Source of the DNA: Carcharhinus longimanus
Lineage: Eukaryota
Reading direction: 5' to 3'
Assembly (NCBI GenBank): GCA_030264375.1
Contig: JASCQW010000190.1
Span: 40,368,182-40,432,181, forward strand
Length of the DNA: 64,000 nt
Shown here: positions 61,877 to 64,000 of the stretch, piece by piece
How the letters are laid out: the number at the start of each line of letters is the position of its first letter
Numbering within the stretch: position 1 is the first letter of the stretch
Notes under the pieces: generated by a model
What the model saw: the letters and a program-made list of their open reading frames with translations, nothing else
Database searches by the model: none
Told to the model about the DNA's origin: nothing
Translations under genes and position numbers: made by a program

Positions 61877-64000
61877 TAGTTTTGCCAGTGGACAATATTC
61901 AACGACTGCCTCAACCTTTTACCAGTTGCCACTCAGCCCAGTGAATTTATGCCTCAAGCACAAAGGCAATGGAAGGATTGAGACGAGAGGTGAAGAGGCC
62001 ATGCTGAGTGCCATCATTGTCTACGTGTACACTGACAACACTGACAGAATCTTAGCAACTTTAAAATTCATTACTAGGAAGAATTGTTTCCTGATGCTAC
62101 ATTGGTTGTTGCGATCTTCTGGCAGACAGCCTTCTCATTAGTCACTTCTATATCTGAAATCTGATTAAGAATGGTGGATGTGATTCTGAGGTTGCTGGAC
62201 CAATCAGAGAAAACAATAACACCAAACTTTCAAAAGAATTTATGGCACAAATTAACTTTTTGCTGGTAATTGTTAACTACAAAACTACATGCAACAATCC
62301 AGATCATTTTAATTTTTATTATGATGTTACTATAGGCAATATGTTTGGATGACTGGAAAGAAACCAATGAGCAAACTGTCATTAAGCAACATTTTATATA
62401 AACTAATCTGAACCAATCAAATCATTAGGGAGGAGAGAGAGGGAGGAATAAAGAAACAGCAATAAGAATGGCAAAAATTATCAGCAGATGACTTCTGAAA
62501 AAAGCAACGAAAAAGATTCATAAAAATGCACTGGGAGAGATGGAAAACTTTGAGGAGGAGAGAAACAAGCAAAGAGATGGATAGATGTATAGATTCAGCA
62601 AGACACAGAACAGGAAGAAGGAGAGGCAAATTGAGATCAATGAGAGGAGAGAAGGATGAAAACATTCCAACAGTGAGTTGGTCGTGATAAAGATGCAGAC
62701 TGTGAAGGAAAGAAAATTACATGCAGGAACCAGGAGCTAAGTCTGATAAGGCAAGAACAAGTGAATAAGTTGAGCGTCGCTGCAGGTCTACTAATTTCCT
62801 TCATCTATCTCTCACTCTATTATGAGGCTGCATCTTAATTTATCTTGGGAGAAAAATAGTTTAGCTGTACATGAATCTGAAAGGGTCAATTTTTGTAAGG
62901 GAGCAGTGAGCAAACATTGTAAATAGTGTCAACGATAGTATATGAGTCCCATAAACTATCAACCAATGTGTCTGGAGACTATACATGTAGTATAAATACA
63001 CAAACTAGATTCCTTCTATAAAGCTGTTTAGGGAGCTCCATAAAATGTGTCACATTGCAAAGGGGATATCATTGAAAGGCCGTTGTACATAGTTGGTTAG
63101 GGAATGGAACCATAAGTAACATTTACTGTCCCAGAGGGCAGTCTACAGTTTTAGTAGGAATTAGTGCTTACATGTGCATATGTGTGTGTTGCTAACCTCA
63201 CAGTGCCAAACTGTTCAAGTATTCCCTGTATATGTGTATGTCCATTATATAGTAAGTGCGTACCTGTGCACACTTCTACAGTGCCCGAAAGGATTTGATA
63301 GAAGATGTCTGCTGTTTAAGTAAAAGATCATATTTGATTGAGGTGCTTTTGTAATTACCTAGCTTACTTGTAGTCTCCTAACAGCTGTTTCCTGGCACTA
63401 TTTTAGAGGTTTTAGAGATAAAAGTCATAATTTTTATTTAATAGTGAAACAGTACAATTTGCCCAGACATCCCTTTTCCTAAAAGAAGTAGGCTTTTATT
63501 CATTGAAACCAAACCAGACACTTTGCTTAAGCTTGATGGATGCAAATGTAAATGCGCACTTATTTAATTGGATCAGGTCCCAAGATAAAAGAGATAAACG
63601 GCTCCCAGTTTGCCAAGTTATTTTCAGAGGCATGCAGTGATGTGTGTAGCGAAAGTTAATGAAGAAGCAAAGAGACAAACTGTACTTAAAATACCTTGGG
63701 TCTAGACTTGTTGAAAGGAAGCCTAGAGTTTTTTTTACATGCGGGAGAATTTGAGAGAAGCATTGACATGCCCTTCAGTGGAACAGGTGGTGGTTTGTGG
63801 AGGATATCTGCTAAACATTACTGAAATAACAGGCGACCGTGGAGAGATCAATTTTTCTCTAGATGATGCTCTGGTAATACCTGATGAATTAAAAGCTGCA
63901 TCAAGTTTCATCAGTGTGCACTTTTTGTTCTTTGGTTGCACTTCAAGCAATCACTTCACCTCATAGTGTGCAATCAAGCATCAACTGCAAAAGCAATTAT

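Noticed and set aside
62420-62720. Purine-rich tract with a hydrophobic antisense ORF (similar case at 25730-25840)
   Set aside because: Low-complexity GA-rich sequence.
1-64000. irx3, irx6, sowah exons, tRNA/rRNA/snoRNA genes, CRISPR or other prokaryotic systems
   Set aside because: None recognisable; tRNA-like boxes belong to SINE heads. Small intronic RNAs cannot be excluded without a covariance-model search.

Overview
Vertebrate genomic DNA, almost certainly from a shark (HE1/V-SINEs, Deu-domain SINEs, CR1 LINEs with (ttcttatg)n tails, shark-type Harbinger and Penelope-like repeats), in a draft assembly with N gaps. The only intact protein-coding gene is irx5 (Iroquois homeobox 5; + strand, 3 coding exons 49472-49708, 50059-50464, 50828-51546; 453 aa). 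Positions 1-38 kb are a repeat-rich Irx gene desert with several CNE-like blocks. From about 40 to 61 kb the DNA is CpG-rich, and about 48.6-60.7 kb is nearly free of transposons. Main finding: a second CpG island at 41.4-42.2 kb, about 7.5 kb upstream of irx5, carries housekeeping-type promoter motifs (paired ZNF143/THAP11, ETS, ETS-CRE, CCAAT, GC boxes). It appears to drive a spliced, polyadenylated, mostly non-coding minus-strand transcript with exons at about 41449-41650, 39551-39764 and 38872-~38495. This is the position of the human lncRNA CRNDE relative to IRX5, and the exons and one intron resemble CRNDE as I recall it (unverified; needs alignment). Repeat boundaries are approximate, by-eye calls.
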